DNA from: Octopus vulgaris
Taxonomy: Eukaryota
NCBI GenBank assembly: GCA_951406725.2
Contig: OX597819.1
Span: 20,336,001-20,400,000 of the forward strand
Length of the DNA: 64,000 nucleotides
Direction of reading: 5' to 3'
Shown here one piece after another: positions 25,741 through 40,034 of the stretch; the first letter of the stretch is position 1; each line of letters opens with the position of its first letter. The notes beneath the pieces were generated by a model that had not been told where the DNA came from, made no database searches, and was given only the letters and a program-made list of their open reading frames with translations. A program made the translations under genes and the position numbers.

Positions 25741-25908
25741 TGTGTGTGTGACTGTATATAACTGTCTTAATGTGTGTATGTGTGTGTCTGAATGCGTGAT
25801 TGTGTTTGTGGATGGGTAGAATCGCATTCAGACACACACATACATATCGGTTATCTTTCGAATTATCCTTAATAAGATCATTCATTCAACTACTCAAATA
25901 TATATATA

Positions 25909-26292
25909 TTAGCTTGCTAACCAACCACATGGTTCCGGGTTCAGTCCCACTGCGTGGCATCTTGGGCAAGTGTTTTCTGCTATAGCCCCGGGCCGACCAA
26001 TGCCTTGTGAGTGGATTTGGTAGACGGAAACTGAAAGAAGCCTGTCGTATATATGTATATATATATATATGTATTTGTATGTGTGTGTGTTTGTGTGTCT
26101 GTCCCCCTAGCATTGCTTGACAACCGATGCTGGCGTGTTTACGTCCCCGTCACTTAGCGGTTCGGCAAAAGAGACCGATAGAATAAGTACTGGGCTTACA
26201 AAGAATAAGTCCCGGGGTTGATTTGCTCGACTAAAGGTGGTGCTCCAGAATGGCCGCAGTCAAATGACTGAAACAAGTAAAAGAGTAAAAAG
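25909..26292 (+). mobile_element. tRNA-derived CORE-like SINE (5' slightly truncated)
   Basis: B box GGTTCAGTCCC, CORE-like CTTGGGCAAGTG, internal (TA/TG)n, tail GGTGGTGCTCCAGAATGGCCGCAGTCAAATGACTGAAAC; further copies at 41389 and 52165. Confidence 0.9.
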
Positions 26293-26301
26293 AGTAAAAG
26301 A

Positions 26302-26348
<47 letters not shown>

Positions 26349-26821
26349 CCTACTTCTTCGCATATAGCTCGAGGATTTAGCTCGTCCCTTGAAATGAAGA
26401 AAAATGTATATGTACATTGAATGCTTATGAAACAACTTCATATTTCACAATATAATAGAATCTTTAGACATAATTTTGTAAAGGCCTGCTTACAAACTGC
26501 TAGCGATTCTTATCCAAACACTGTTGATGAAACGAAACACTGTAATGCCAAGCATCAACGTAGATTTCGCTCTGTATGACGTGATCGACAAAATTTCCTT
26601 GAGGCTTTGATGGAGCAGTGGACATGAAAACTGACGTTTGTGTAATACGTTGAGAACATGCAAATCATAAATCGCATAGCTGCGAAACACACAAATAACC
26701 CCAAAATATTAAACATATGAACAAGATATACCTTATTTTTCATGCAACAAATATATATTTGTCACAAATAACAAATTGCTTTCTGGTTTCTGGTGTTATT
26801 TGTTACTACACAAATAACCCA

Positions 26822-26883
<62 letters not shown>

Positions 26884-27398
26884 CATGAAATATTACATTA
26901 TTCATAAAACGAATGTGAAACATATCGTAAATTGCATAATTTACATCTAATTAATTTTGTTTACGTCTTTTCTTTGACTGTGGGAAACTAATTAATAAGA
27001 AATAATGTAATACATTGGAAATGTTTTCATCCTGAAAATATTTCCAATATTTTTCTTTCCTTCAGCAAAAATAAAAAAACTCAATACAATACACATTAAT
27101 ATTACTTACAATTTAACAAGCGAGAAAAATAGGCAGAGGCAGAGGTAGAGACTCAAGTTCAGAATGAGTGAGAAAATATGGTTTCAATTTTTCTGGGATA
27201 TATATATGTGAAAATATATATACACACACACAAAGAAGTGAATATAGTGATACATAGCCAATTAACCAATTAAGTATGACTAGATAACTTTCTAGAAAAC
27301 ACTATATACATATATATTTATATATTTATATATATATATATATATATATAACCTAATCTCTCACACTCTCACTTTCATACACACGTGTATGTGTGTGT

Positions 27399-27399
<1 letters not shown>

Positions 27400-27439
<40 letters not shown>

Positions 27440-27443
27440 CAAC

Positions 27444-27516
<73 letters not shown>

Positions 27517-27540
27517 TAATAATAATAATAATAATAATAA

Positions 27541-27571
<31 letters not shown>

Positions 27572-27600
27572 AAGAAGAAGAAGAAGAAGAAGAAGATGAA
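27400..27600. repeat. Compound (AAT)n(AAG)n microsatellite
   Basis: Read directly. Confidence 0.98.
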
Positions 27601-27611
27601 GAAGGTAGTAA

Positions 27612-27945
27612 TTGGGGAGGGGGAAAGTCGATTATATCGACCCCAGTGCGCAAGTGGAACTTAATTAATCGACCCCGAAAGAATGAGGAGCAAAGTCGAC
27701 ATCGGCGGCTTTCCATTTCTTTACTGCTCACAAGGGGCTATACACAGAGAGAACAGACAAGGACAGACAAAGGGATTAAGTCGCCTACATCGACCCCAGT
27801 GCGTAACTGGTATTTATTTAATCGACCCCGAAAGGATGAAAGGCAAAGTCGACCTCTGCGAAATTTGAACTCATAACGTAGCTGCAGACGAATTACAGCT
27901 AAGCACTTCGCCCGGCGTGCTAACGATTCTGCCAACTCGCCGCCT
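27612..27945 (-). mobile_element. Meta-domain-like tRNA SINE, full copy (27714-27945) plus an adjacent partial copy (27612-27708)
   Basis: Minus: GGCGGCGAGTTGGCAGAATCGTTAGC...GAGTTCAAATTTC...GGTCGACTTTGCCTTTCATCCTTTCGGGGTCGATTAAATAAATACCAG. Confidence 0.88.
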
Positions 27946-30313
27946 TAGACAAATAGTTGTATGCACAGAAAGCAATATATAATACTGCCTTTTTAAAGTG
28001 ATTGTAGAATATTCATCTCATATTTTGTAAAAGTCAAGCAAATCCGCGGTGTTTCCTCTGTTGGCACATAACAAATAACGATTGAGAGCAGAATGGCCAG
28101 CATGGTTACATTCAAACGGTTCATCTGTATCAAATTGACGTGTTTGTTATTTTATATTTATGGTAGTAATTGCTGATTATCAAACCCTGCAAACATTTCT
28201 ATAGATCAATAAGAAGAAATAAATATATAGAAAATACTGAAATTGAGCACTAAAATGACACGGCAAGCATTGGGCAATCTTCTTCCACTGACTGGTGTAA
28301 AGAAAACACTGCTGTATGATACATATTTACTGATAATTTGAAAAAATGTTGTGTTTTGTCATGCTGGTAATTTCTCGAATATTACCAGCTGAATTATATG
28401 ACACCTAAACAAACCAAATCTGGCAAATACCTGATAACAAATTGAAGAATGTGTTTAGCAGTGTATGGGATTCAATAAATGAAGCGCATGATCGAATATC
28501 TTCTAGGCCTGAGGGCTACATCTATTCAGACCCCTTAGGCATCAATCATATATATGATATCTAAATATTTTATAAGCTGTGTAACTTCACGGAGAAAAAA
28601 TTGTCTTCAAGAAAACAGCACTGCTCTATTCCCGTAATGGCAGTGCTTTGAAGGTTAGGACCTTAGCAACGTGACTTTTTACAAATATGGCTCAGAATTT
28701 TTTTCTCTTTTTTTTTGTTTCAACTCAGAGCTGCGGCCATGCTGATGCACCACCGTTGTTCACTTTCGTATTACAGTTGATGCAGGCAATTAATTAGTTG
28801 GCTCCATAGCGGAAAATATTTATTGTTTACGTAGAATAATATAGAAACTTCAAGAGTCGTGTAATAATTTGGTTTTGAAAGGTTGAATTCAGAGTTGGTA
28901 AATCTATAGCTAAGCATGGAAGTACACACATTATGGATTTAAACCAAATATTTACGCGCAATTTTTATAGCATTATCTACTTTGTGCTCCACCGTTACAA
29001 ACAGCATATTTCGTGCATTATTACACGAGATTAACGAGTATTTTCAATGTCCAGCGAATAAGTTGGAGGTACATGACAGAAGTTCCCATAAAATGTAGTC
29101 AAAAGGAATGATTTTTCACATTGATTTCAGGGGACCTATTATTATTACAACTTAGTGTGTGAGATGGCCTATTTGAAACCTTAAACACTTGTTTACTGTC
29201 GTTTGGAAATTTTAGCCCTCGATCGAATTCTCGCCACAATGTAATTAGTGAATACAATTTCATGAATTACAAAAAAAAAACCCTAAAAGAAAAAAATGTC
29301 CAGAGCGAGAGAAGAAGAAAGAAGTATCAAGTGTAAATAGAATTATATTTTCAGAAGGTGGACGAAATATTTCTAAACATGTGTAAATTTTGAATTTTCT
29401 GAAATCAGATATTCGATTTATTCAAATATATGTATTGTTATGTAATATTAATAAGAATGAGGGGAAGATGTTCTGCTCTAATCCTATTTCTACATTAGGG
29501 AATCTGTCGAAGGAGTAACTTGGCTCGAGGCGAAACACATTTGCTGATTATAGCGGAAGCTCCATGAAGATTCTGAACATTACAAATATCATGTTTGACA
29601 GATAATAAAAGAATTTCCCCGGTTCTTTACTAGGTTATCGCTGCAGCCTTAAGGTGGAGGATGAAGAAAATGTGAAGATATTTAAAAGAAGGGTATGACA
29701 TATAGAAACGATGAGATTTAAATCAATTACGGCTTCCGATTATTAGTTATTGGAAATATATATAAATATATGTGTGTGTGTACAAAGGGAGAGGTACAGG
29801 AAGATAAACGTATACATATATGTGGGTGCATGCATATGTGCGTGCACGAATATGTGTGTGTGCACGTATGTGTGTGTCTCCATTTAATCTCCCACTGCTT
29901 TCTGTCGATAAATTGAATTATGCAAAGCCATGACTTGAAGGGTGTTTGTCGATTATAACATTACACTGCTCGCAAAATATTTCAATCTTGTGCATATTTC
30001 ATCCAGTACAGTCCGAACAAATTCTTATCAGTATCCATATTTTATTTTCTTAATAAATATAGAATGTTGCACTGTAACACCGTCGTTCATAAGGTTAAAC
30101 TTTAACACAGACACTTGTTTCCCCAAAACAATTCCCAAAATACCCGATTCTTTGCAACGTCTATAAGCTAAATTCCATTAACAAAATGTTTACCAGCCAA
30201 AGTTTCATTGAAGACATTGAATCTCGTGCCTGTTGAGAAGTAAATAATAACTACACGGTACTATCTCTCTCTCGCTCACTCTCACTCTCTCTCTCTCTCA
30301 CTCCCAAAATATA

Positions 30314-30526
30314 TCTGATGGGAGTAAATGTATTTGGTCATCAAACAGCATTAGCCAGCGGCAACTAAATGGGAAAAAAATCTATTAGATAACTACACAA
30401 CTGTCCGGAAAAAAATAATGAGGATATTTATAATGTATGTCTAATTATATATCTCGTAGATATTTTCATTTTCAGTTGTCGCCGACTAATGCCGTTTGGT
30501 TGCCAAATGCATTCTCTACCATCAGA
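30314..30526. mobile_element. MITE-like element with about 55-70 bp imperfect terminal inverted repeats
   Basis: TCTGATGGGAGTAAATGTATTTGGTCATCAAACAGCATTAGCCAGCGGCAACT ... AGTTGTCGCCGACTAATGCCGTTTGGTTGCCAAATGCATTCTCTACCATCAGA. Confidence 0.75.
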
Positions 30527-31119
30527 AGAATTTCGGCAACAATAGTTCTCTCTGTACTGATTGAAACACTACCAGTACCTGACTAGATAAACCGTTTTCC
30601 TATACGCAGCCCTGCCCACTGTATCCATGTTAGTTAGCCCCCCCTCTCTGCTTCCTTTCCTCTTCCTTTTTCTCCTCCTCCCTTTTCTCTCCTCCCTTTT
30701 TCCTTTTCTCCTCCTTCTTTCCCTTCCTTTTCTACGTATTCTTTTTCTACCTTCTATTTTTATAAGTATCCATCTCCTTGATCCTTGCCCCATCATAATA
30801 TCTAGCCCACTCCTTCCACATTCACTCTTTATTTTTTTTATTTTTTGGTCTCTTCCTGATATTTTGTAAACAAGGTCGGAAAGACACACAACGGTATAAC
30901 ACACCTTTGATGCAAGGCAGAGGAAATGCTTCGATTATGACTAAAACCATAAATATTGGTGATTTTCATTTACAATTTTCGCGTAAACTCCAAATTAACA
31001 GGGCACAGTAACAATTATAAATTATAATTAAAAATGCGTCGAAGAATTTCCCTCTTTTTCTTTTCATTGGATTATTTACACCTCGCCGAATCCCATTTGT
31101 CGTGGGGGAGCATCAAAAC

Positions 31120-31439
31120 CATGTGTTGAGAGAGATTCTTTGGGGTTTGAATAATTCACCTCTGGAAACATGGGTGTTTCGTTCAACATCCTTAAACAAT
31201 CCTTATTCAGGGACCTTTTGAGCGGGATGGGCTACTCGACCAGAAGAAAATTCTAACTGGGCCCCCACCTGCAAGCTCATACGCTGTTTGCCTTGATATG
31301 AGATCACCATGTCGCGCATATATGGTTGTGATGCATGTGGCTAGTGTACCCTTATCAGACGGGTAGTCATGTTGGGTATACTGGCCTTCGTATATTTTAC
31401 CCCAGTGTCACTTTGATGGCATGCACTCCTCTCTTACTC

Positions 31440-31520
<81 letters not shown>
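31120..31520 (+). mobile_element. Probable 3' UTR of a retroelement ending in an (AAT)n tail
   Basis: GC-richer block ending CTCTCTTACTC-(AAT)n, matching the TAA-tail pattern of the Dong-type elements here; no coding evidence. Confidence 0.5.
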
Positions 31521-31521
<1 letters not shown>

Positions 31522-32530
31522 TAAATTCATGATTGAATTACATTAATTTAATAGCAACGCACTCTCCAGTGCAGGAATGTAAAAAAACCATAATACTTAA
31601 AAAGGAATATAGCGAAAAAATGGATATAGGAGAATCATATTGATATCCATGTGTTAGTTATATTCTATTGTGTTCTATTATTTTTTTTTGTTTTCTTATT
31701 AATGTTTTGAATTTCGACCATATCTTCAGGACGAAGTGTTAAAAGTGATACTAGATTTCCAAAATTATATTTTGTCCATATCAAGTAATGATGAGAAAGC
31801 ATTCGTAACTAGATACCTGATCTCGACATATTTAAATTTGTTCAGTTTTTAACTACGTATTATTACCTTATTTTAACAGGCACTCAATTTGCTATTAAGA
31901 GGATTTACACAATTTCTTTCATGAATCTTCAACTGTGGAACGTTGTAAAATTGGTAAAGTTTTCAACTAATATTCTTATATTATAAGTAGTTGACATTTG
32001 TATCGATACAGAAATATTATAGGATTTATCAGCAAATAATTATCTCTCGCAATTTCTCCATTCGATATAAACGTGACGCCATGACATTCCCATGTCTGTT
32101 ATGTTTTTGTTTATATAACGAATTGGATGTTGAAGGGCAATATGTGACTTCCGGATTTGTGGTTCACGTTAATGGGGTGATTTTAACTAATAATTTTCGT
32201 AATATATTTATGAACTAAAGAGAATGTGGTTATGTATAAAACATCTACAGCTCTGTCATTTCTATTTTATGGCGTATTGTAAAAGTATGTCTATATAATC
32301 TTTGTAATAAAACGTGAATTTTGACTTTTAGAAAGTTTTAAATTTGTTTTTAATAATGTCAGTGTCTTCTTCGTCAACAGCTGAGGTCTTTTATGCATTT
32401 TCTTCTCGAAACATTAAGTGTCGGAACAGAGACAGACGCAATGTGAATAACAACGCCGGCTCTACCCAGTACATTCTTAAAGACTGACGCACTACACATA
32501 ATCATGCACACACACGCACACATACACACA

Positions 32531-32569
<39 letters not shown>

Positions 32570-33525
32570 ACAAATACTGCTTATGACAGTGAACTGTCTT
32601 TCAAAATCGAAAAGAACAGCTCATTTACATTCGCCTCTTTTTAGATGATTTCCTTTAGTATTAACTATCAAATTCACAATAGGGCGATAGGTCACTGACA
32701 TTGCCTTCTGTTTGTCCAAAGTCGAACTTTGTAAATGTATTTCTGAGTTAGAAAATATTTGTATCTCTAAATGCGTAAGAAGGCTCTTATTGCCAAGAAT
32801 GAAGAGTAACTATGTCAGTGTTGAATGTGTAATTGCTTTTCCACAAAAAAGATATGCATTTGGGTCCATTACAATATCTTGATATTCTTTTCACTGATAT
32901 AAGTGAGAGTGAATTCTGCACTTATTTTTTTATGAATCAAAGATTCGCAGTCGACATTCTTTAAAATAATATCCTTTAATGACACAGGCCATTTATCTAC
33001 CAAGTTAATTATAGCCTCATTCTGATAGCGTTAATATTTCATTTTCCTAAAAATAAAGGAAGCGAACATTGATGCTCAGCCTCATTTATATTCAATTATA
33101 GTGTGATGACCTCCATTAACATTTTTGATTAATATGCGAGGCCATCCTCTCATTTGGCCGAAAACGATATATCTCCCGATAGTGATATGGCTTCAGTCTA
33201 CGGCTCCGATGCTCAATGATAAAATACTTCCCACAGGAGAATTACTACAGACAGTAGTTGAGTCATATCAACGGTCTGTGTTTGAAGACATAGATATAGA
33301 GCATAAAAACATACCGACATACACATTCACACACACACACATATAAGTACAGAATCACAAACGTCAATAGTATATATTCAAACCTCTGCATACACACATA
33401 CACACGCACACACACAAACACACACACACACACGAATGAATATATGTGCAAGTGTGTGAGTGTGTATGCTTGTGCAGGTACATAGACACACACACATATT
33501 ACAATAATATAAGCGCCAGAGAGGG

Positions 33526-33617
<92 letters not shown>

Positions 33618-34906
33618 ATGTATATATATATACAGAGAGAGAGAGAGAGTGTGTGTATGTATGTGTGTGTGTATAAATGAAGTATATGTATATATGTATG
33701 CATTCATGTATGTTTTAATGTATGTATGTGTGAGCGTATATAAGTGTTTGTATGCGTGTATGTGTATGTAATTGTTTATATGTGTATGTATGCATGGAGG
33801 TATGTCTATATGAATGAAAACTAAATATAGGTTTCCAGCACATGTGATTGTCTGTGATTACGTACTATTTAAATGAAAGACAAATGACTGGCAGTTATTC
33901 CTATGGCAATGGTATTATTTTCAATTAGCTGATACATTTTGTATATACACTAATCTCCGTTCTCTTATCGTATCTTTACAATCTACAGACTAATAAACAC
34001 AGCCTTCACACGAACATATTAAACCTGGCTTCACAATGTCTCTTGGTAATAAACGAATCATCAAAAGTGCATTAGACGTAGGGTAAGATATTTGCTTAAT
34101 TGTATTGTATTAAGGAAGATATTTTTTTTTGTAGTTCTTTTTTTTTCCATATAATCTGATCCATTCACCTGAGATTTAACCCATGCATTTCGATAGTTCA
34201 CATATAAACCTGATATATCAAGAGCATCGGTAAAAATTTGCTTTAAATCTAACGGCAAATATATAAATATATACAAAACAATATGCAATCACTGAAAACA
34301 TCTCGTATTTCTTGATAGGGACCCAACGTTATTGCTTCTACTAATAAAAACTAAATCACTATCTCTGCTCTTTCCAATAGAATATAATAAATAATGGAAT
34401 TCTGTTTACATAAGCAGGCCACTAGCATTTTACTGAGGCCCTTTGTTTAAGGCAAAGCAGTATTTGGAGGTCGGTGAATTGGATGATGTATTTCTATATT
34501 CGTGCGTGTGGTACTTATGTATATGTATGGACAAAGTCACTCCCGTCTGCGTCACAAGGCTTCTCAAATGCCTAAAGTTTCATTATCCTCTTTGTGTGTG
34601 TGCGCGTGTGTATTCCATATCTACATATGATTGTGTGCACATATTCATCCGAAAAAGGAAATGGAGGATCCCAGCAACATTTTACAATTTTTTACTGTTC
34701 CAGTAGCAATTATATTTCGAGGAAAGGAATCAAACTCCACTGTTCTGTTTGGAGATTCCGAAGCATTTCCCCGTTTCTAAACATATTTACTGCTCCACAG
34801 TGTAGTCTACGTCACATACCTGGTACAAATAAAATTTATAGAAGCGATAAAAGAGCTATACTCTTCTTTCTCTGTCCATATATATTTCAATAAATGTTTG
34901 AAGAGT

Positions 34907-35541
34907 TATAGATGTCTTCGATCTAATTTGGATTCTTTGCCATCAAATTTGAATTATTTTCTATCAAATTTGAATTATATGTAATCAAATCAAATTTGAA
35001 TTTTTCAATTGTTGCTCAAGACTTGAAAAAAGAAAGAGAGTTAAACTACATCAGCCGTAAGGGAATAGATGTCTATCTTATCTAACTCGTCCAGTAGAGC
35101 CCACCAATTGATATCTGGAAATTTCGATGAAATAGCTCATGAACACTGCGATAGCTTCTACCAAAAGATGCTTCAACATATTTACTTCGTCGACTGATCT
35201 AGACAAGGGGAGATAATAAACGAATGATTCTTTTTCTATTATCTCTTCTTGTAGAGACCGGTCGACGATGTAAATATGTTGAGCATATTTTGATAGAAGC
35301 TATCGCAGTGTTCATGAGTTATTTCATCGAACTTTTCAGATATCAATTGGTGGGCTCTACTGGACAAGTTAAATAAGATACACATGTATTCCCTTACGGC
35401 TGATGTAGTTTAACTCTTTCTTTTTCAAGGCTTGAGCACCAATTGAAAAGAATTCAAATTTGATGGCAAAGAATTCAAATTTGATGGCAAAAGATTCAAA
35501 CTTGATCGCAAAGAATCCAAATTAAATCGAGAGCATCTATA
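34907..35541. mobile_element. 635-bp fold-back/MITE palindrome with subterminal repeats and TA flanks
   Basis: TATAGATG...CATCTATA; arms of about 310 bp are complementary up to a roughly 18-nt loop near 35228; ATCAAATTTGAATT repeated about three times per arm. Confidence 0.92.
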
Positions 35542-38089
35542 TTCACATCGATCGAGCAGCTTATCTGTACAACAATGAATACATTTTTGCACTCTTTCAC
35601 ACACAACTGTCTCTGGCCTGCTGTGCTCGCATTATTTTTTATTACTTTCTTTTGCATATTATAGGAATAAGCTCTGGTATTTTTCCTTATTTAGCTTTTA
35701 TAAAAATGTAACAATATTCTTTCTGGTTCTGTCGTACCTTTAGCGTGGCAACCAGGACGATCGTTCTTGTACAGAGCATGGTAGAAGCTTTAACAAAATG
35801 TGTTTCATGGAAAGGCTGTATCTTGCCTACAGATATGAATAGTTTCTGATGATGTGAGAGATATCACACATTTCAACGTCACGAGCAAAATTTTCCTCAT
35901 CTCTTTATTTTACAAAAATCTAGTAACTATCTCTTTTTCTTGCGTTCTGAAGGCAAACCAACAGAAATAAGATTAAATGCACTTATCGCTTGCGCAAGGG
36001 AATCTTGTACGCATGATCATAAAACCGGGAGATGCTATATGTTTTTGAGCAAACGACTTCATAAGTGAAAGACTTCATTGAGCAAAAGATGTTGCTGCTC
36101 TCCACATATTTGGTAAAATCCTGCGACGTCCCGAGGTCCAGTCTCGTCTGGGAATGGGTCAATGTATTCATCACGGAGTCCAGGAAAGAGATTTTATGAG
36201 CCTTTGACTCGGGAAAGCATTGATCCTATAAGGATCTATGTATATGAATATGTATATACAAACACAAACACATATAAGTATATATGTACTGTGCATGTAT
36301 GTATGTATGTATGTATGTATGTATGTATGTATGTATGTATGTATGTATGTATGTATGTATGTATGTGTGTATATTTGTATACAGAACCTCTGTGTTAAGC
36401 TCTATAAAGAGAATGTCTACGGAAAGAAACTGATAACCCTGTTTCATCTGTAGTCTTCTCATACAGATTACATGAACCTAAAAAGAACACCTATATACAC
36501 CTGCACACGTAAACGCATACAGACAGGCAGATGCTCGCATACACCCGCGCACACGCACGCATATTATACATATGCGTATTATCTTTCTGCATCTCGTTCG
36601 ATATTATCTTTCACGTATTTCCCTTCTGTAACATCAAATTCCTGCTGTTGAACTCCACCATCAAATAATCAATCAATCTATCTATTTATCGATCTATCCA
36701 TTTCTCTATTATCATATTGATGCTTATGCATTTATATTATACTTGCTGTTCATTAATCTCAGATCTACATTATTTTGCCCAGATGCTTTCCAGCCGTGCC
36801 AGCGCCGTATGTCGTGGAGTATTTTATGCTCTAGTCATGTTTTACTGAAGTATACATCTCGTTTTTAAGAACAGCAGCGCACAATTTGAGGAAGACATGT
36901 TCGTTATTCTACTAAATTGAGTCACTTCAGATGCCTGCTTGTTGACCGAACGCCTCGTCCCCTCATACGCACACATAACAAATAACTATGCATACGAACA
37001 TGAGCGCATGTATGAATATTAATAGAAACATATTTTAACAGATTGGTATGTCTCTTATTCTACAGTGTTTACCAAATTACATCTCAGAACTTCGTTGGAG
37101 GTTACTATTATGGGAAATAAACATACTAAAAACATCTCACAACGAACAGCAACCTGGAGTTTGTATTGATAATAAATATTTCGTTTTCTTGAAGAACAAG
37201 AGAATTAAAAATTAAGTAAAAATTTCATAATATTTAACACAAAGAAAAGCGGAAGAAACAAAAAATAAAATGTGTACATCCTACATGAACTAATCTAACT
37301 GGTTTCCTAGTAAGAAGAATATGGAGACTAAACGATTGGCGCCATTATGATTGCGTGCACAAAGAACGAAGTGTGGTGAAGGTCCTATTCAAACTCCGTA
37401 ACTAAAAGTATAATTTTGAAATCCAATTAATTACATTTAAAGTTTAAGTTTACAGAAGGTTGTTGCTGACCTGAGAAAAAAAAAGTACGATGCAAATAAG
37501 ATTGCATGGAATGGTACTGAGAGAATGGCAGAGTGAGCGAAAGAGAAAGATTGATGGAAGTTGGAGTGGAAGAAGAAAAATGAGACAGAATGGTCTGTTG
37601 GTGTATATTCGCTTTGTGAATGGAACTAATGATTTTAGCTAATAAGATAACTCACGTTTTTACGTTCTCTGTTCTGCCAATTAACTTTGATTTAGGACGG
37701 TCACAGTTATCACAGCCAACAGAATCAACACAGGCAACACAAGCAACAGAGCCAGCACCGCCGCTCTTTTACAATATCTTTAACTAAAAACATCGCAACT
37801 GGAGTATCACAGAGCGCCGTTGGTAAAAATTTCTTCTAACCAGCTGATGGCTAGTCGTAGTCGCAGTGAATTGTATCAATGGTCATAAGAATTATGAGTA
37901 ACAAAAAAAAAAAAAAACAATGTTGTTATTGATGTTGTTCTTTTTCTCCTTTTCCCTCTTCCTCTTCTCATTATTATTATTACAACTTTTTATCACATGT
38001 CTTGTTGAAAATTGTGGAGTCTTGCTTTAGTAGCGGTTTTGCTACCTGCACCCAAAAATACCGTGCTATCGGTTATTTTCTGCAATCTA

Positions 38090-38095
38090 ATACTA

Positions 38096-38162
<67 letters not shown>

Positions 38163-38284
38163 TATTATTATTACTATTATTATTATTATTATTACTATTA
38201 TTATTATTATTATTACTATTATTATTATTATTATTATTATTATTACTACTACTATTATTATTATTATTATTTTTATTATTACTA

Positions 38285-38315
<31 letters not shown>

Positions 38316-38327
38316 TATTATTATTAC

Positions 38328-38361
<34 letters not shown>

Positions 38362-38385
38362 TTTATCTTCATTATTATTATTAAT
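38090..38385. repeat. (TTA/CTA)n microsatellite
   Basis: Read directly. Confidence 0.97.
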
Positions 38386-38394
38386 TGCTGTTGT

Positions 38395-39660
38395 TTTACT
38401 TCTCAGAACGTTCGGTTTTGTTTGTTCTGCTAGATTCTATGACGACGGACAGTTGCCTGCCGTTAGAGGTTGCACAGGGTCTCTTTCCGCACATTATAAG
38501 CTTTGGCACTTAACTTTTAATTATCGTTGGATATGTTCAACATCCAGGTCCCAATCGCAAAATCCTTGCTTTATCCAGCAGAGCAGTTTTGGGAGCTTGC
38601 TCCCCCTCATGTCAATTTAAATTTCTTTGACCCATTTCTCGAATGTGGTTGTTAGAGATCGTACACCTAGTAGGACGAAAGACACTCTCCTCATATTCCA
38701 TATTCTTGCAATTTCGTCTTTTAGTAGTCTGTACTTTTTGATCTTTTCTTCTTCTGTGTCACTTATGGGTGCATCTCCAAGTATTGCAAAATCTATGATC
38801 TTAGTTTCCTGTTTTCCTTTATCTACCACAATAATATTTGATCTCCTTGTTCTCGGTGACTCCTTCTGGTTGATGTGCGTATCATTTCCGTGCTCTGTTC
38901 AGGCTGTACATTTTACACGAACTTTGGCACGTTATTGTGCTTCGGTCTGTAGTATTTTGGGGGTCAGTTTGCTACACTCGCTCACGATATGTGAGATTGC
39001 TTCGTTTCTTCTGCCGCAGATCATGCGACAGGGTGATTCTCAACTCATCTCTTTATAACTTGGTGTAATTACTTCTCAGAGCTTGTTCCTGGGCGCTACA
39101 TATCAATGCCTCAGTGCATCCTTTCAGATCACTTTTTTTTAGCCATCTCCAATTATTGACCTCCTTCCCTTCGATTTCTCTGAGGTATTGCCTCTGTAGT
39201 AGTTTCATTTATTGGTTTCTTCTCTTTTTTCTTTATCTTGTTTCTTCTATGTTTATGGCAGCATCACATTTTCGGAGAGGTATTTCATTGTCAATTCTAC
39301 CAGCAGCAAGCAACGATCCACTCTTCTGTGGGACGTATCATACCAGACTGTTCTTCTCGTTGGCAACACAGATCTTCCATCCTATGAGACCTCTTCCACC
39401 TCTGGAAGACGTCTCAGCATAGTACTTCAATATCGCTTTTGGGGTGTAGTTCTTTGTTGTCATCAATTTTCTAGTTTTCCGGTCCATTTCGGCAAGATCG
39501 GTCTTTGTCCACCTAACAATACCGGTGCCGCATCTCATTAAGGAAACAGGCTATGTAACAATTGCCCCCGATTTTGTTGTTTTCCATTGAGTCTACTTCC
39601 CATAATTAACTTGGTTTTCTGACAGGTTCTCGTCCAAAACGTTCCTTCATTTCGCTTTCT
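38395..39660 (-). mobile_element. Degenerate R4/Dong-type LINE 3' part
   Basis: GIVRWTKTDLAEMDRKTRKLMT; RGGRGL; TEALICSAQEQALR; IIDFAILGDAPISDTEEEKIKKYRLLKDEIARIWNM. Confidence 0.88.
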
Positions 39661-39735
39661 AATCATCATCATCATCATCATCATCATCATTTTATTGTTG
39701 TTGTTTTGTTGTTGTTGTTGTCGTCGTCGTCGTCG

Positions 39736-39778
<43 letters not shown>

Positions 39779-39811
39779 TATTATTATTAGTAGTATTAGT
39801 ATTATTAGTAT

Positions 39812-39985
39812 TATCTCTTTATCATAGGTTTCGCTATAGCTCCTCGATTCTTGCATGCGTAGTGGGCTTACTGCTTGTATCCTACGGTACCTAGTTATTC
39901 ATTCTTTTCAGCTATCTAAAATAGTTTCCTGCTTATTCCGGACGTGCCAAGGAGGCAAAACTTTTCTAATAGTTCTACAGGTCAC
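39812..39985 (-). mobile_element. Short R4/Dong-type 3' end (same subfamily as 16716-17470)
   Basis: Shared TCTTGCAT.CGTAGTGGGCTTA...TTTCAGCTA...TAGTTTCCTG.TTATTC.GG.CGTG.C.AG.AGGCAAAA; encodes CLLGTSG. Confidence 0.75.
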
Positions 39986-40034
39986 TCAATTCCAATTTCA
40001 GTTTATATTCATCGTGATGCGTTCTGATACTATC

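Noticed and set aside
35846-35882. CTGATGA with a perfect TGTGA/TCACA stem
   Set aside because: The GAAA strand is missing.
35983-36225. 80-codon minus-strand open frame after an AG
   Set aside because: No polypyrimidine tract and no recognisable homology; within chance expectation.
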